64,000 nt of DNA from Paraspadella gotoi (lineage: Eukaryota > Animalia > Chaetognatha), in NCBI GenBank assembly GCA_051294375.1, contig CM119269.1, forward strand, positions 1,194,537-1,258,536. The letters are read 5' to 3'. Position 1 is the first letter of the stretch, and each line of letters begins with the position of its first letter. Made by a program: the position numbers and the translations under genes. The notes beneath the pieces are model-generated. The model did no database searches and was not told the DNA's origin. It saw nothing but the letters and a program-made list of their open reading frames with translations. Below are positions 50,271 to 64,000 of the stretch, in pieces.

Positions 50271-53249
50271 CCCTGCTCCCGCTTTACCGACTTCATCTGG
50301 CGTAGACGTCAGAAAAAGTCGTCGAGGCGTCGTCCTCCGCTGACGCCCCCTTCCTCTGTTTACTCAAAACGAACGAGACGCCAAAAACCGAAGGGAAAAG
50401 AGAAAAGAGAAGAAAGAAAGAATAACATCCCCTGGCGATGCGACCATACAAAGGGAGATAAACGAAATTTTTGTTATGACCATTAAGGGTCTAGTGAGAA
50501 AGGGAGAAAGGGGGGAGTGGATGTCGAAGGGCGTGTGGGGGGGGGGAAATGTATTTTTTTTCTTTTTTTTTTACTTTGTTTATTTCTCTTGTTGTTGTTT
50601 TTTTCTCATTACCTCTCTCTTTTTTTCTTTTTCGGTTTAGTTCTTAATTTTTATATTTCTTTTCTTTTCTTTTCTTTTCTTTTCTTTTCTTTTCTTTTCT
50701 TTTCTTTTCTTTTCTTTTCTTTTCTTTTCTTTTCTTTTCTTTTTTTTTCTTTTTTTCTCATTACCTCTCTTTTTTTCCTTTCCATCTCATTTTCTATTTC
50801 TTTCTTTTCTTTTCATTCTTTCTTTTATTTTCACTTTTTTATTTTTCCTTCCCTGTTGCAGTTTCAAGTCCCTCATTATTCTTCGTGATTATTTGTTTTG
50901 GTTAATCGTATTTATCTTAATTTTTCATTCCTGACAGTCCGCCGCGCTTGATCTGTCTCCCTGTCCGTATCCTTTTCTCCCGAGTCCGTCTCCAGTCCAT
51001 TTTTGATCCGTACGGTCTCCGTCGGTCCGTCTGTCCGTCCCGCGGGACTCGAGTCCTTCTTTTCTTTCATTTCTTATCCGCGTCATCTTTTTTCCAGTTT
51101 TTTTTTCTCTATTTCTATTGTGTTTTTTTTTTCATTTTTCTTCATTTGTTTTCCTTTTGTTTTTAGTTCTCGGCTTTTTTTGAGGGCGTTTTTCTTACCC
51201 GAACGTTTACCTCTTTCTTGCGCTGCATTTGAAAATATCTTGGGGAGAAAGAACCTTAGATGATAAAGAACCTTAGATGATAAAGAACCTTAGATGATAT
51301 ATTTAAAATTTCTTTTGCTTAGTTTGTCAAGTTTTCAGCAAAACCAACGCCCGTATCTCTTAAATCTCTTTAATTGAAAATTTTGAAATTCGACACATTA
51401 TCATTATGTTTGCAATTTTTTCGGCTTTTATTGTTTCGTGTTTTTCCACTCCTTTTTTAATCCTCAATACTATTTAATTATTATTTTCGAATATTTCATT
51501 CTCTTAATTTGCTTCATGTTTTACTATTTTTCTTTTGTAACGGCGCGACCTGTACGTTTGTTATCTTTTTAGTTGCGCCGCGAGTATCGCGTAGAAATCT
51601 ATAAGGTCAGCTTCCGGTCGGTCGTCTGGTCCACGTACATTAAAAATGCATATGATGTTGCTTATAGATAGTGCTCATTTGTTAAGACAGAAAAAAACTA
51701 AAACTATAATGAATAGAAAGGACGGATTTTGATGCAGCGCATGTTATAAATACACGGGTTAAGGAAAGTTTTTTAGTCAATGTCCATGTCAATGTACATA
51801 TCATGTGGATCAAATGGAAAATGCAATGTAAAATAAAGTCACTACGGCGCAACACATAGAAATACCGTTCTTTTTGTTTTTTTTTTTTAATTGGCTTCCT
51901 CCATTTTTTTTTTTAGTTCTTCCTTTCTAAAATTACCCACCGGCCTTTCAACTCTTTCTCCTTATTCTTTCCCCCTCTCTCTCCCCTCTCTCCTTCTCTC
52001 CTCTCTCGGCTCTCCCCTCTCTCCCCACCGCATTCCCTCTTTCTCTCTCTCCCGCAGGTTGGGCGAAGGGGCCGACGAACGAGAGTTGCTAAAATTTTTC
52101 GCTCCGCGGGTTAATTGGCAGTCTGGGATTTATCGATTATGCGTGCAGCGCTTGTACTCGGGCCTCTGACGGCGGAAGCAAAGAAAGAAGGAGACGCCGA
52201 GGCGTTCGGGGAAGATACAAAGAGTTTTTGGAAAGGAATTTCGAGAACGAGCGGGAGAGAGGAGAGAGCGGGTTGGGTTGGGGAAGGTAAAGTGGGAGAC
52301 AAAGGGGGTTACGGAGTGAAGGGGGTGTCGGGGTTGGATGGGGAATGTGGAAAGGAAGAGGTGAGGGGAAGATGGAATTTAGAGAAATAAAAATAAATTA
52401 AAAAAAGATTAAAAAACAAGGAAGAGTATGTATTTGAGAGAGAGAGATCGAAAAGGGGGGAATGGATTTAAAAGAAATATTTAAGCGAGACAAGTTTTTT
52501 TTTCTCTCGGATTAAACAAATAAGATTTACTTCGTGTTTCGAAAAAAAAAGAAAAAAAGTNNNNNNNNNNNNNNNNNNNNNNNNNNNNNNNNNNNNNNNN
52601 NNNNNNNNNNNNNNNNNNNNNNNNNNNNNNNNNNNNNNNNNNNNNNNNNNNNNNNNNNNNNNNNNNNNNNNAAAATTAGACTTGAACTTTTTTAAATACT
52701 TTTTGTCTTGAAATTTGGAACTTTTCTTTATTTTAAAACCCAAATTTGATAAATAATACAAAGGACCTATCAATTAATAAAAATCCTTATCTTAAAAAAT
52801 TCTGATTTTTTAAATAATAATTTTGAATTAAAGAAGTTAAAGAAGCACTTACCTTAATCATAAAGAAATCTAATTATTTAATACTATTAGTAGTTTAATT
52901 TCGATTTTAAATACAGACAAGGCGAAGCGGCTCGCCTGTATCAGTAATAAAAAAAATTATGATAGACTGTGATGTTATGATAAAACGATGAAATTTGTGA
53001 TAAGAATATATGAGTAGGATAATGGTCGTGATGATGATGAAGATGATGAAGATGTTGAGGATGATCATGGTCTACGATTTTAAGAAAACGATGACGCAAA
53101 AATCTAAAATGATGAAGTCAGAAAAACTGAGAGAGAGAATATTGAATATTGAATGTTTTTTATTGAAAGCAAAGTGGGCTTGAGGCCAGTGGTTTTACAA
53201 CTCACGCATTTAAAAGCTACGTTTTTGAGAATTACTACTATATAATAAA

Positions 53250-56200
53250 CAAGAATGATGTATTCTATACTATTCTTCTAGTTTATCCGATTGTGTGCGC
53301 TCTTCCTAATCGCAATTTAAACATTTACTCTTGTCAGAAACTCGGTCCCAACCCAGCAAATTTCTATTGGAGAAATGTTAAGTATAAACAGTGTTTGTAG
53401 CAATGCGATCTATGATACTATCAATTAATGTGTTTGGGTAAAAAATAAACGTTTTAATCTAAGACGGGCTGAAATATTACGTATATAGTCAGAGAGTGGA
53501 AATCGATACTGCCGCATCTAAAGCAATATCTTTATCAATATGTACAGGAAGTTTATGAAATATTTTATAGCAACGTAGTTTGTAATTTGTCAAATTTTCC
53601 TGCCCAGTGGTATTTAGCCAGCAGTTTAGAAAACAGGGAGATGAGTATAAAATAATGATACACAAGAGAAGAAATAAATGGTGAACAAGATTAAAATGTC
53701 TCCGATGAACAAAACGGAAAGTCGTTTATAGCACAATTTTTAGATTTGGCCTTCGTAAATAATTCATTAATAATGTATTGGTCCGCACGTTAATTTGCGA
53801 TCTATTTTTACAACCTTAAAAAAACCGATGTATCACATACAGGAATTTTCTCATCGAGACAAGTAAAGTTTTACATCATAGTTAAATAGAGATGGACATC
53901 TGGTATTAGCACATGCAGTTGGATTTTGCCGGACATAAACCTAGTAAACCAGGTATTACACCAATTTTTCGCAGGCGTGAAGGGTTTTTTGAAAGACATG
54001 AGGAGGCAGCATCCAAGTTTGGGAGACTGCCCAAGCCGATGAGTCCATCCCCATATTGAGATGAAGTTCTAAAACATCATGTTTAAATTGGTGATTGAGG
54101 GCTCCTTATTTGAATCATTTTGGCATAGGGAGATCTTCTATATAAAAGGCAAGAATCTCTGGACTAAGTACTTGCTCCTTGGGAGAGCCACAAAGAATAA
54201 TCTAACCAGTTTCAGACGTTTCACCTCTTGATTATGACGCAGAATTTTCTGTTTGACAGAAAGAGCAAATAATTTTTACATGGGCCTATAGGCAATTTGG
54301 TTTTATCAAGCTTGAATTTTAAAGCCTTGGAGCCATATGTTATCAAATGCTTTTGCATAGTCGAGTGTCACAAGAATTGGTTCGCGCCCCTTGCTTTAAA
54401 GCCCGCGTGTGCGTCCTCGACAGACGTATGTATTTTCAGGCGCAGATCTGCCTTTTTTATAATCCTGATTGTAACATGCGGCGTTTCCCGCTCGTTTTTT
54501 CCAGCATGCATATGAAGCCCTGGTAATATAACCGTTCAAATAATTTGCCAAGAAGCAAAGAAAGAAGACTTATAGGTTATAAATTTCGATGTTGGAGTAG
54601 GATCCTTTCCTGACTTAGGAAATCACTATGACTGATGTTGGCAAATTTTCCAATGAAAGTCTGGAAGTAGCCAAGTTGTAGACATGATTCCGAGAAATGA
54701 AAAGTTTAGTGTCTTTAAATGTTTTATCGGAATAAAGTTTTTTAACATTTTATTGTGTGATTGTCATCTGACCTGGGGGCAGACCTAGTTTTTAACGATT
54801 TGATAGTTTCATAAATATTTTGTGGCTTGAGTGTGTCTTTAACAAAAGTTGTGGAACTACTATATGTCCATGACTGGACTGTACCAGGCTCAAGAGTGTA
54901 TGCAAATTTTTTTAATTAATTGTTCAATCTTCAATTTTCCACCTTCCTCATTACCTGGAGCGAACAGGAGATTTTGCCCATAATTGACCTAAGGTTTTCC
55001 TGCATGTATTTTCAGATTAACTTTTATTATCAACTGCTTGGTACCATCAGGTTCTTTTCAGCATTGCTCAGGTGGAGAGGTGTTTTTGAGCGTTATAAAT
55101 CATTATAGTTTCCATTTTTGAAGGATGCTTTTCATTATTAAAATAAAATTGGGCTCTCTTCACATAATAATTGTTTAATGCTCTTTTGTTTAAAAACTTG
55201 TCTTTCGACAAAGCTGATCGAGAGCTCCAATTTCAGCTGTTGTTGAGCGGTAAAAGCCATTGTACTGGCTTCGTGATTTTTCTGGCCAAAGTAAATCTTT
55301 TCCTTTTTATTAAGCATTTTAGTTCAGGTGACAAGTTATGTTATTGTAAGATGTGACCGTTTTTCTTTTCAGTATTTTTCGTAAAGCACTTTTAAAGATG
55401 TTAGAGTAAACTGTGATGGATTTCGTCAGCTAGTTTTTTTGAGAGAATTTCTGTACTGAAGCTTAGATAGACTATTGTCACAGAATTAACGAAAACTCTT
55501 GTCCAATTAGTTTTTGTTTACCAGAATTCATTTTTTACATTGGTTGAAATTTGGGTAGTAATTAAAAGTGGAAGGTGGTCACTACCAACATTAAGGCATT
55601 GCACATGAAAGAATTTTGGTTTGAAAATTTGTTTAACAGTTATGGCAATATCCAAGAGTATTTGTGCGCCCGTGGATTTACTTATGTATGTTGGGGAGTT
55701 TTGTTGTTTAGACAATGCAAGTTAAACTTGGTTAAATAATCTATGAGTTGTTTTCACCTTGCAGGGAGTCAGATCTACCGTAAGAGTTGTGATGAGGAGC
55801 GCATTAAAATCGCCAGCTAAGAATTGCCGAAAACTCTGTTTGGTTTGTTTGTATAATTATTGAAGGCATCGGGAACAGAAGGATTCCATGTAGTTGTTCT
55901 CCAGGTATGATTGTAAAAAAGAGTGGCTTAGGATGAATTTTTCAATGTCCTTTAATAATGTGTTCAACAATTAAACTTCTTTGTGGTTATCAAATTTAAT
56001 CTTCTGCAGCTAGGTAGATATGGTTTGGAGTAGTCTATCATGACACCTCCTGCAGATGTGACAGAATTATTTATGAATATTTTATAGTTTTTTAAAGCAA
56101 ATAAATCCTGAGAGGCAACAATCTATGTCATTAAAAAGCAAATAAAGAATAGTTTTTTTTCTAGATTGTCAATCAGATTATAGAGAGTTCATAATGCCGT

Positions 56201-56259
56201 GTTGGTTTTACCTATTAGTGGCAGTTGCAGTACTGCAAAGAGGTAGAGGACTTAGCCAT
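53250..56259 (-). pseudogene. LINE ORF2: APE endonuclease + reverse transcriptase, broken by indels
   Basis: LAGDFNA (~55800-55820), SPTY..LLDIA..GSDHLP (ORF 55518-55715), SAPG.D (~54770), IPKSGKDP..PISLLS.LGKLFER (~54530-54630), QSGYKKGRS (~54460), VTLDYAKAFDNIW (~54335-54375), GSPQG.VLSP (~54165-54190), YGD-like catalytic motif (~54050). Confidence 0.85.
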
Positions 56260-56922
56260 CCGTCAGCGTTAGGGGGGTCGTCCAGGTTTTGCTTTCCTTG
56301 GCATAAGTTGTTAACCTTTGATCGTTTTCTGAGTTAAGGAGAGCCACTTCTTGGAAGACAGTTTCATTAATCTTTCTGGGCTTGGCTTCAATTTTGAGAT
56401 TGAGATTGAAGTGAATCAACATCGGTAGGCCCAATCTGAGATAATCTGTGTGTGGCTGCAAGATGTTCTATGCTATTTTCATATTATGTTTGTTGGGAGT
56501 TTTGGTGTCCGAGTTGATTAGGGTAAGTATTTGGAATTGTATTGGATGTTGACAGACTTTTAGGCTTATTTGATTATTCTGTATTTCCATAATGGATCTT
56601 TTTAGGAGGAGACAATATTTTGTTGCTCCATAATTCTGCTCCTAGTTCCAATTTCACGCAATACAAGGATACACACAAAGACTAAATTTTCTTCGCAAAT
56701 TATCCTTATTTAAAGCTTCATGGAAATTGTGAATGGTTTTTTTGCTACTCACATAGCTTTGTTTGCTATATTAGCGCAATTTATGGACAGAATAGGTTTT
56801 GTTGTGGCGACAGGCTTCTTGGTAAAATTGCCAAGATTTTGAGTTTGCACGTGTGGACCAGTTACAAGTTTGCGCATTTAGTGTCGCCTCAAAGGTTTTT
56901 AATCTCAGATTTTTGTGTGAAT
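56252..56922 (-). pseudogene. LINE ORF1 C-terminal remnant with zinc knuckle
   Basis: Reverse complement of 56840-56880 reads KCAN(C).GPH.AN across an indel. The ORF1 stop (56252-56254) lies just after the presumed ORF2 ATG (56257-56259), so the two ORFs overlap. Confidence 0.55.
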
Positions 56923-57435
56923 GAGAGAGAGAGAGACGAAGAGAGAGAGAGAGAGACAGACAGACAGAAAAAAATGATAAAAAAGAATTAGAAAAAATTG
57001 TATTTTATGATGAACTTTTACTGAATATTGAATCTTGAGTTAATAAATATTTATCCTTCTGGAAATTTTTCATCTTGCATACGTTGTACTAAAATTGAAT
57101 TTAAAATTTTGATTCCAAAACTAGACCTTTACTTGTCTAAACTCGGCGACAAATAAATAAATAAATAAATAATTAATAAATGAAATATATAAATAGCAAA
57201 AGAGAACGGGTCCTCATTTTGCAAAGCGGGAAGACGCATTCCATCTTGAGCCCTTAAGTTTATTTCTCCCAACAAAAGAGGGATTTCCAAAGTGTGGGAT
57301 ACCTTAAGACTAAAAGACAAACACGAAAGAAAGAAAAGGAAAAAAAAGGGAAAAAAAGGAGGAAAGAAAAGTGGGAAACGGAGGAAGGATGGAGCAAGTA
57401 AGATAAGGAAGACTCTCTCTCTCTCTCTCTCCCAC

Positions 57436-59330
<1,895 letters not shown>

Positions 59331-59695
59331 CTTCCTTATCTTACTTGCTCCATCCTTCCTCCGTTTCCACTGTTTTTTCTCTTTTCCCTTTTTTTTCTAT
59401 TTATTATCCTTTCCTCCTCTTTTTTTTTTCTTTTCCTTTTTATTTTTTTTTTTTCCTTTTCTTTTCTTTCGTGTTTGTCTTTTAGTCTTAGGTATTCTTC
59501 CATACAAATTCATTATGGAAATCCCTCTTGTTTGTTGGAGAGAATAGAACTTAAAGGGCCTCAAGATGGAAAGTTGCGTCTTTTCTTCCCCGCTTTGGGC
59601 AAAATGGAGGACCCGTTACTCTTCTCTTTTGCTATTATAATATTTCATTTATNNNNNNNNNNNNNNNNNNNNNNNNNTCTTCGTTCTCACTTCTC

Positions 59696-59773
<78 letters not shown>

Positions 59774-60160
59774 TCTCTCTTTCTCTCTCATCTCTCTCTC
59801 GATCGCGTTTCTTCTCCTCGAGATCTAAGATGAGACATGCAGAATCTCTTCGATCGAGTGGAATTCCGTCGCGCTTTTTTTATCGGGGGAAATTTTGGTC
59901 TACAAGAAACGAGGAAAAACCTCCGAAGCCGAAGAAAGAAATAATATAAAGTGGAAATAATGTTTCACAAACTACTTTGAAAAGACGTGAGAAGTTTTAT
60001 TAAGGGTTAATTACCTAATTATTTCGCACGGAACTGAAACTTGTGATTTTATTGAGTAATCTACTATATAAAATATAAAATCAGATTTGTCTACAGTTCA
60101 TTCGGTAATATATCGTTTTCTACCGAATTGGATGGACATTTACATAATTCAACATTTCAT

Positions 60161-60342
60161 TTCTGTTCCACCATCGACTGAGAGAACACCATGCACTCTC
60201 TCATAGACCTCGCCCTGGCGGAAGGAAAAAAAATCGGCACCCAAAAAAAAAACAGGTTTATGCTGATTGAGAGGAGAAGGAGAGAGAGAGGAGAGAAGAG
60301 AGAGAGAGATGAGAAGAGAGAAGAGGAGAGAGAGAGGATACG

Positions 60343-60384
<42 letters not shown>

Positions 60385-60597
60385 GAGAGGAGAGAGAGAG
60401 AGAGAAAGAGAGAGAGAGCGAGAGAGAGAGAGAGAGAGAGAGGAGATGAGAGGAGATGAGAGAGAGAGAAAGAGTGTCCGGGAGTTGCCCATAAGTGCAT
60501 AATAGGAACTGCAAGTAGAAGGAGAAAAAGAGGCGAAGAAAGTGGAAAGCAAAAAAAATGGAATTGGAAGCAGCAGAGATAGAAAGAAAGAAAGAGA

Positions 60598-60647
<50 letters not shown>

Positions 60648-60654
60648 GAGAGAT

Positions 60655-60685
<31 letters not shown>

Positions 60686-60700
60686 AGAAAGAGGAGAGGG

Positions 60701-60742
<42 letters not shown>

Positions 60743-60941
60743 AAGAGCGAGAAAGAGACGAGAGAGGTTTCACCGAAGACTAATTCAGAAAAAGGGCTAG
60801 ACGGAAAAAATTTCTGGTAGGTGGAAGAAATATAAGGGGGAGAGTAGGTGGAAAAAAACATGAATCGAGCTAAATAAAGAGAAAAATGAAAAATGAGGAA
60901 AGGGCTGCTTTCTTCTTCATCATAAAACCCAGAGAGAGAGA

Positions 60942-60972
<31 letters not shown>

Positions 60973-61552
60973 TGATCCTCTTTGATTTTTTGCAAAATCC
61001 TGCATCAGAACCCAAACGTCGCAATCGGATCGACGCCCCCCCCTCTCTACCCTCTGTCGCTCGACGGCTTCGATGACCAACGTCGCCATTTGTTTACTGA
61101 TAACAAAAAAAAAAGAGCATCGAATTTGCTATCACTCGTCACGCGCCTCCGCCCCCTATAGTCAATTCACTTCCCCTTTTTATTTTTCGTTGGTCAGTTG
61201 TTTTTGTCCGAAGCTGTTATTCCTTTGTTTGCCTTATTTTTTCGCCTCATCGGCCGTATATTCCCTCCGGAAAGGCGAAAAATAAACGTTATTTTTTCCG
61301 CCACATGCGCCTAAATTCGGAGGACGCGCCGGACGGATGTTCCGGACGATCTGCGTCGCGGGGACGGAGGCGGGGCCGGACGATCTGGCCGAACGGTCAG
61401 TGAAGATAAAAAAAAAATTCGAGAGCATACGAAGTAATGATAAATATGTTTAACGCTGGAGACGAAACGTAATATACAGTATTATAAGCTTTGCTTACGT
61501 CGGTAAACATCTTTCGCATATTTGCCATCTATTATCTATCTCTTCTCTCTCT

Positions 61553-61625
<73 letters not shown>

Positions 61626-61923
61626 TTTTTCTCTCTTGTACATATCGTCTATTTTCTTTATTCTCATTGGGGGCATGATTAACAAGAAGAGTTAAAATTT
61701 CCAAGGGAGGACAAAATCTTAAGACACACTTCGTCCTTGACTTCATCTCCAGACGCGACGCTCTTTGTTCTGAGTCTCTCAGACTTCATCGTTGCCAACG
61801 TTGATGTTCTACAACAGCAAATAGGATGAAAAGGGATGGAAGAGAGAAGCTTTCCTCGGAACGAGCACGCGGCCAAAAGGATTATCGGTATCAAAATTTA
61901 TGAAGCAGCGATTGGCGTCAGGA
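60161..61923 (+). repeat. Block B copy 2, flanked by inverted C' (59796-60160) and C (61968-62310)
   Basis: tgaaatgttgaattatgtaaatgtccatccaattcggtag at 61969 is the reverse complement of 60120-60159; the match continues to 62310/59796. Confidence 0.92.
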
Positions 61924-61928
61924 GAGAC

Positions 61929-61963
<35 letters not shown>

Positions 61964-62304
61964 AAAAATGAAATGTTGAATTATGTAAATGTCCATCCAA
62001 TTCGGTAGAAACGATATATTTACCGAATGAACTGTAGACAAATCTGATTTTATATTTTATAAGTAGATTACTCAATAAAATCACAAGTTTCAGTTTCCGT
62101 GCGAAATAATTAGGTAATTAACCTTAATAAACTTCTACGTCTTTTCAAAGTAGTTTGTGAAACATTATTCCACTTTATATTATTTCTTCGGCTTCGGAGG
62201 TATTTTCCGTTTTCTTTAGACCAAATTTCCCCCGATAAAAACGCGACGAATTCCACTCCGATCGAGGAGATTCTGATTCCATCTTATCTCGAGGGAGAAA
62301 CGCG

Positions 62305-62356
<52 letters not shown>

Positions 62357-62605
62357 CCGGGCTTTCAACTCTAGAGCTTCCGAGTAATAACGGGGTTAAG
62401 AGGGTCGAAATTGTTTGACCTCGTTCGGCGGGGGTCGACCACGAAGAAGGAGCGGGAGTCGGCGCCATCTCTTCCATTCATTTGCCTTCTGTGATTGCGT
62501 GAGTTTGTCGCCGTTTCCCGAAAATTGTAATTATTAATTAAATATATAAGAAAGAAAATAAAATCGTCAGTCAAAATTTTCATTAAGAGTTGGCTTGCTA
62601 AGAAA

Positions 62606-62671
<66 letters not shown>

Positions 62672-63339
62672 GTTTCTTTCTGCTTCAACAAACACGCCAA
62701 AAATATTCTAATTTCCTCACACTTTTTTTCTCTGAAGTTTAGTATTCGTATTCGTATAAGAGAAGTTGCGTATAATAAAGTTTCTTCGAGATTCGACCCG
62801 ACATCGAATTCTATTTTCATATTCTCATAATTCAATCTCGTGGATTTCAGAGATTCATGCTTTTCCTAAACTCTGACTTCCAAACGAAATGTCACGATGC
62901 GAATGTAGGCCCTTTCCCCCGTCACGCGGGCGGGAGCTTAAACGATCTTGGCAGTTCCTTGTTTCTGAAGAGGAACTAATGTCCTCAGAGATGGATCTTT
63001 CAACAACGAAAAGCGGAAATAAAGCAAAAATAGAATTAACAAAGTCGAAGATAACCCTGACTCGAAAGGACAAGGGGAAATAGTAAGAGTAAAGATTCGA
63101 AATTCACCCTTGTTTTGAGAAAGACAATACTTGATATTTTTGAGAGATACTACAAATGAATATCATAATCATTTATATCATATATCGTTTCTGATTTTTA
63201 TTTATTCTTTTTATTTTACTTCAGAGATGACAAGGTTATCAGTTTGTTCATCAGCTTTTCATTGTGTTGTTTCGACTACGGTACGAACCTTGGAACCATA
63301 TTGCTTGGTGGTAAAATGATTAATACGTACGATTAGCTT

Positions 63340-63775
63340 GGTTAGACATACACGTATAGTCGCCGCAATACGATCAAAGTGTTGGACCCACCTGGCGAGG
63401 AGCGACGCTGCCTGGCGAAGGCGGCATCGAATCGCTAATCCTCTTCTCCCGATGCAATCAGTTTGGAAATAATGGAGCCGTAGTTTAAGCCACTACCGGC
63501 GGCGTGGCGGTGGCGGGGGAAAAGGCGGAGGAAAAGGCGGCGTTAGAGGCGGTTGCGGCGGTGGCGGCGGCGGCGGCGGTGATAAACGAGGAGGACACGT
63601 GCCCTACCTGGAATCTGGCGTTTTGGCGGCAGATGTGTCAGTGGTGAAGGAGGCGCAGTGGAGTGGATTGGCGACGGAGTTCCTGGAGGAGTGGAGGCGG
63701 AGTGGCCTGGGGAGTTGGGTGGGGAGTGACGTTGGGAGTGGAATAAGAGGATATGCTTTGTAGAAAACATCAAAA
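63340..63775 (-). CDS. Probable coding exon fragment, Pro/Ser/His-rich followed by poly-Ala (low-complexity regulatory-protein-like)
   Basis: GC-rich island. HSQRHSPPNSPGHSASTPPGTPSPIHSTAPPSPLTHLPPKR continues after one frameshift as SSSFITAAAAATAATASNAAFSSAFSPATATPP. No domain recognised. Confidence 0.45.
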
Positions 63776-64000
63776 CACTCTTGAGTCAACTTTTATCTAT
63801 CGTTTCAAGATTCGTAATAATAATTTTATAATAAAATCTTGAAGATAATTTTTAGGTTTTCAATTTAATTACTTAATATACTTTAAGCGTATTTATGTGC
63901 CAAGTTTACTTAGACCTATTTTCTTTTCCTCCGTTTCTCTATTCCTCTCTTCTCGGGCTCTCTCTCTCTGTCTCTCTGTCTTTCTGTCTCTTTCTGTCCA

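Larger units (their letters stand above)
53138..56922 (-). mobile_element. 5'-truncated APE-type non-LTR retrotransposon (Jockey/I-group-like LINE) inserted in a (GA)n tract
   Basis: Absent from the mirror arm (~20960-21010). Minus strand carries ORF1 and ORF2 motifs, AATAAA (53159-53164) and a short (ATTCAAT)n tail. Confidence 0.9.
39302..57097 (-). repeat. Right arm of inverted duplication II; 39302-46800 is very noisy
   Basis: As above. It lacks the 23685-28799 element and carries an extra LINE at 53138-56922. Confidence 0.95.

Noticed and set aside
62855-63120. Membrane-protein or ND3-like fragment (CPFESG) on the minus strand
   Set aside because: Short, bounded by stops, no further supporting motifs.

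Overview
Eukaryotic, AT-rich, repeat-dominated DNA that looks like an invertebrate animal genome (taxon not determinable). It comes from an error-prone, gap-filled assembly: abundant (GA/CT)n and (GAC)n microsatellites, N gaps, and indel noise that breaks every ORF. No intact host gene, rRNA, tRNA or CRISPR array is supported. Most of the window is present twice in inverted orientation (~2820-8376 vs ~10699-20105; ~20823-39201 vs ~39302-57097, centred on a 100-N gap), probably as allelic haplotypes joined head-to-head. Comparing the arms exposes arm-specific insertions and their empty sites. The main finding is a 5.1 kb element (23685-28799) inserted in a poly-C run, with asymmetric bipartite ends resembling V(D)J recombination signals. 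The right end is CACAGTG + 12 bp + GGAAAAAGT. The left end is CACTATG + 22(23) bp + AGAAAATTT and is amplified into ~43.5 tandem 70-bp copies. This suggests a non-autonomous Transib/RAG-like transposon with a many-to-one 23/12-like signal layout. Also present: a Gypsy-like LTR element (both LTRs, 4-bp TSD, tRNA-Leu PBS, PPT, integrase but no recognisable RT) nested in a Helentron/DINE-like element; a 5'-truncated Jockey/I-like LINE in a GA tract; further DINE-like elements; a ~545-bp fold-back element; and an A-B-A'/C'-B-C rearrangement at 57-62 kb.
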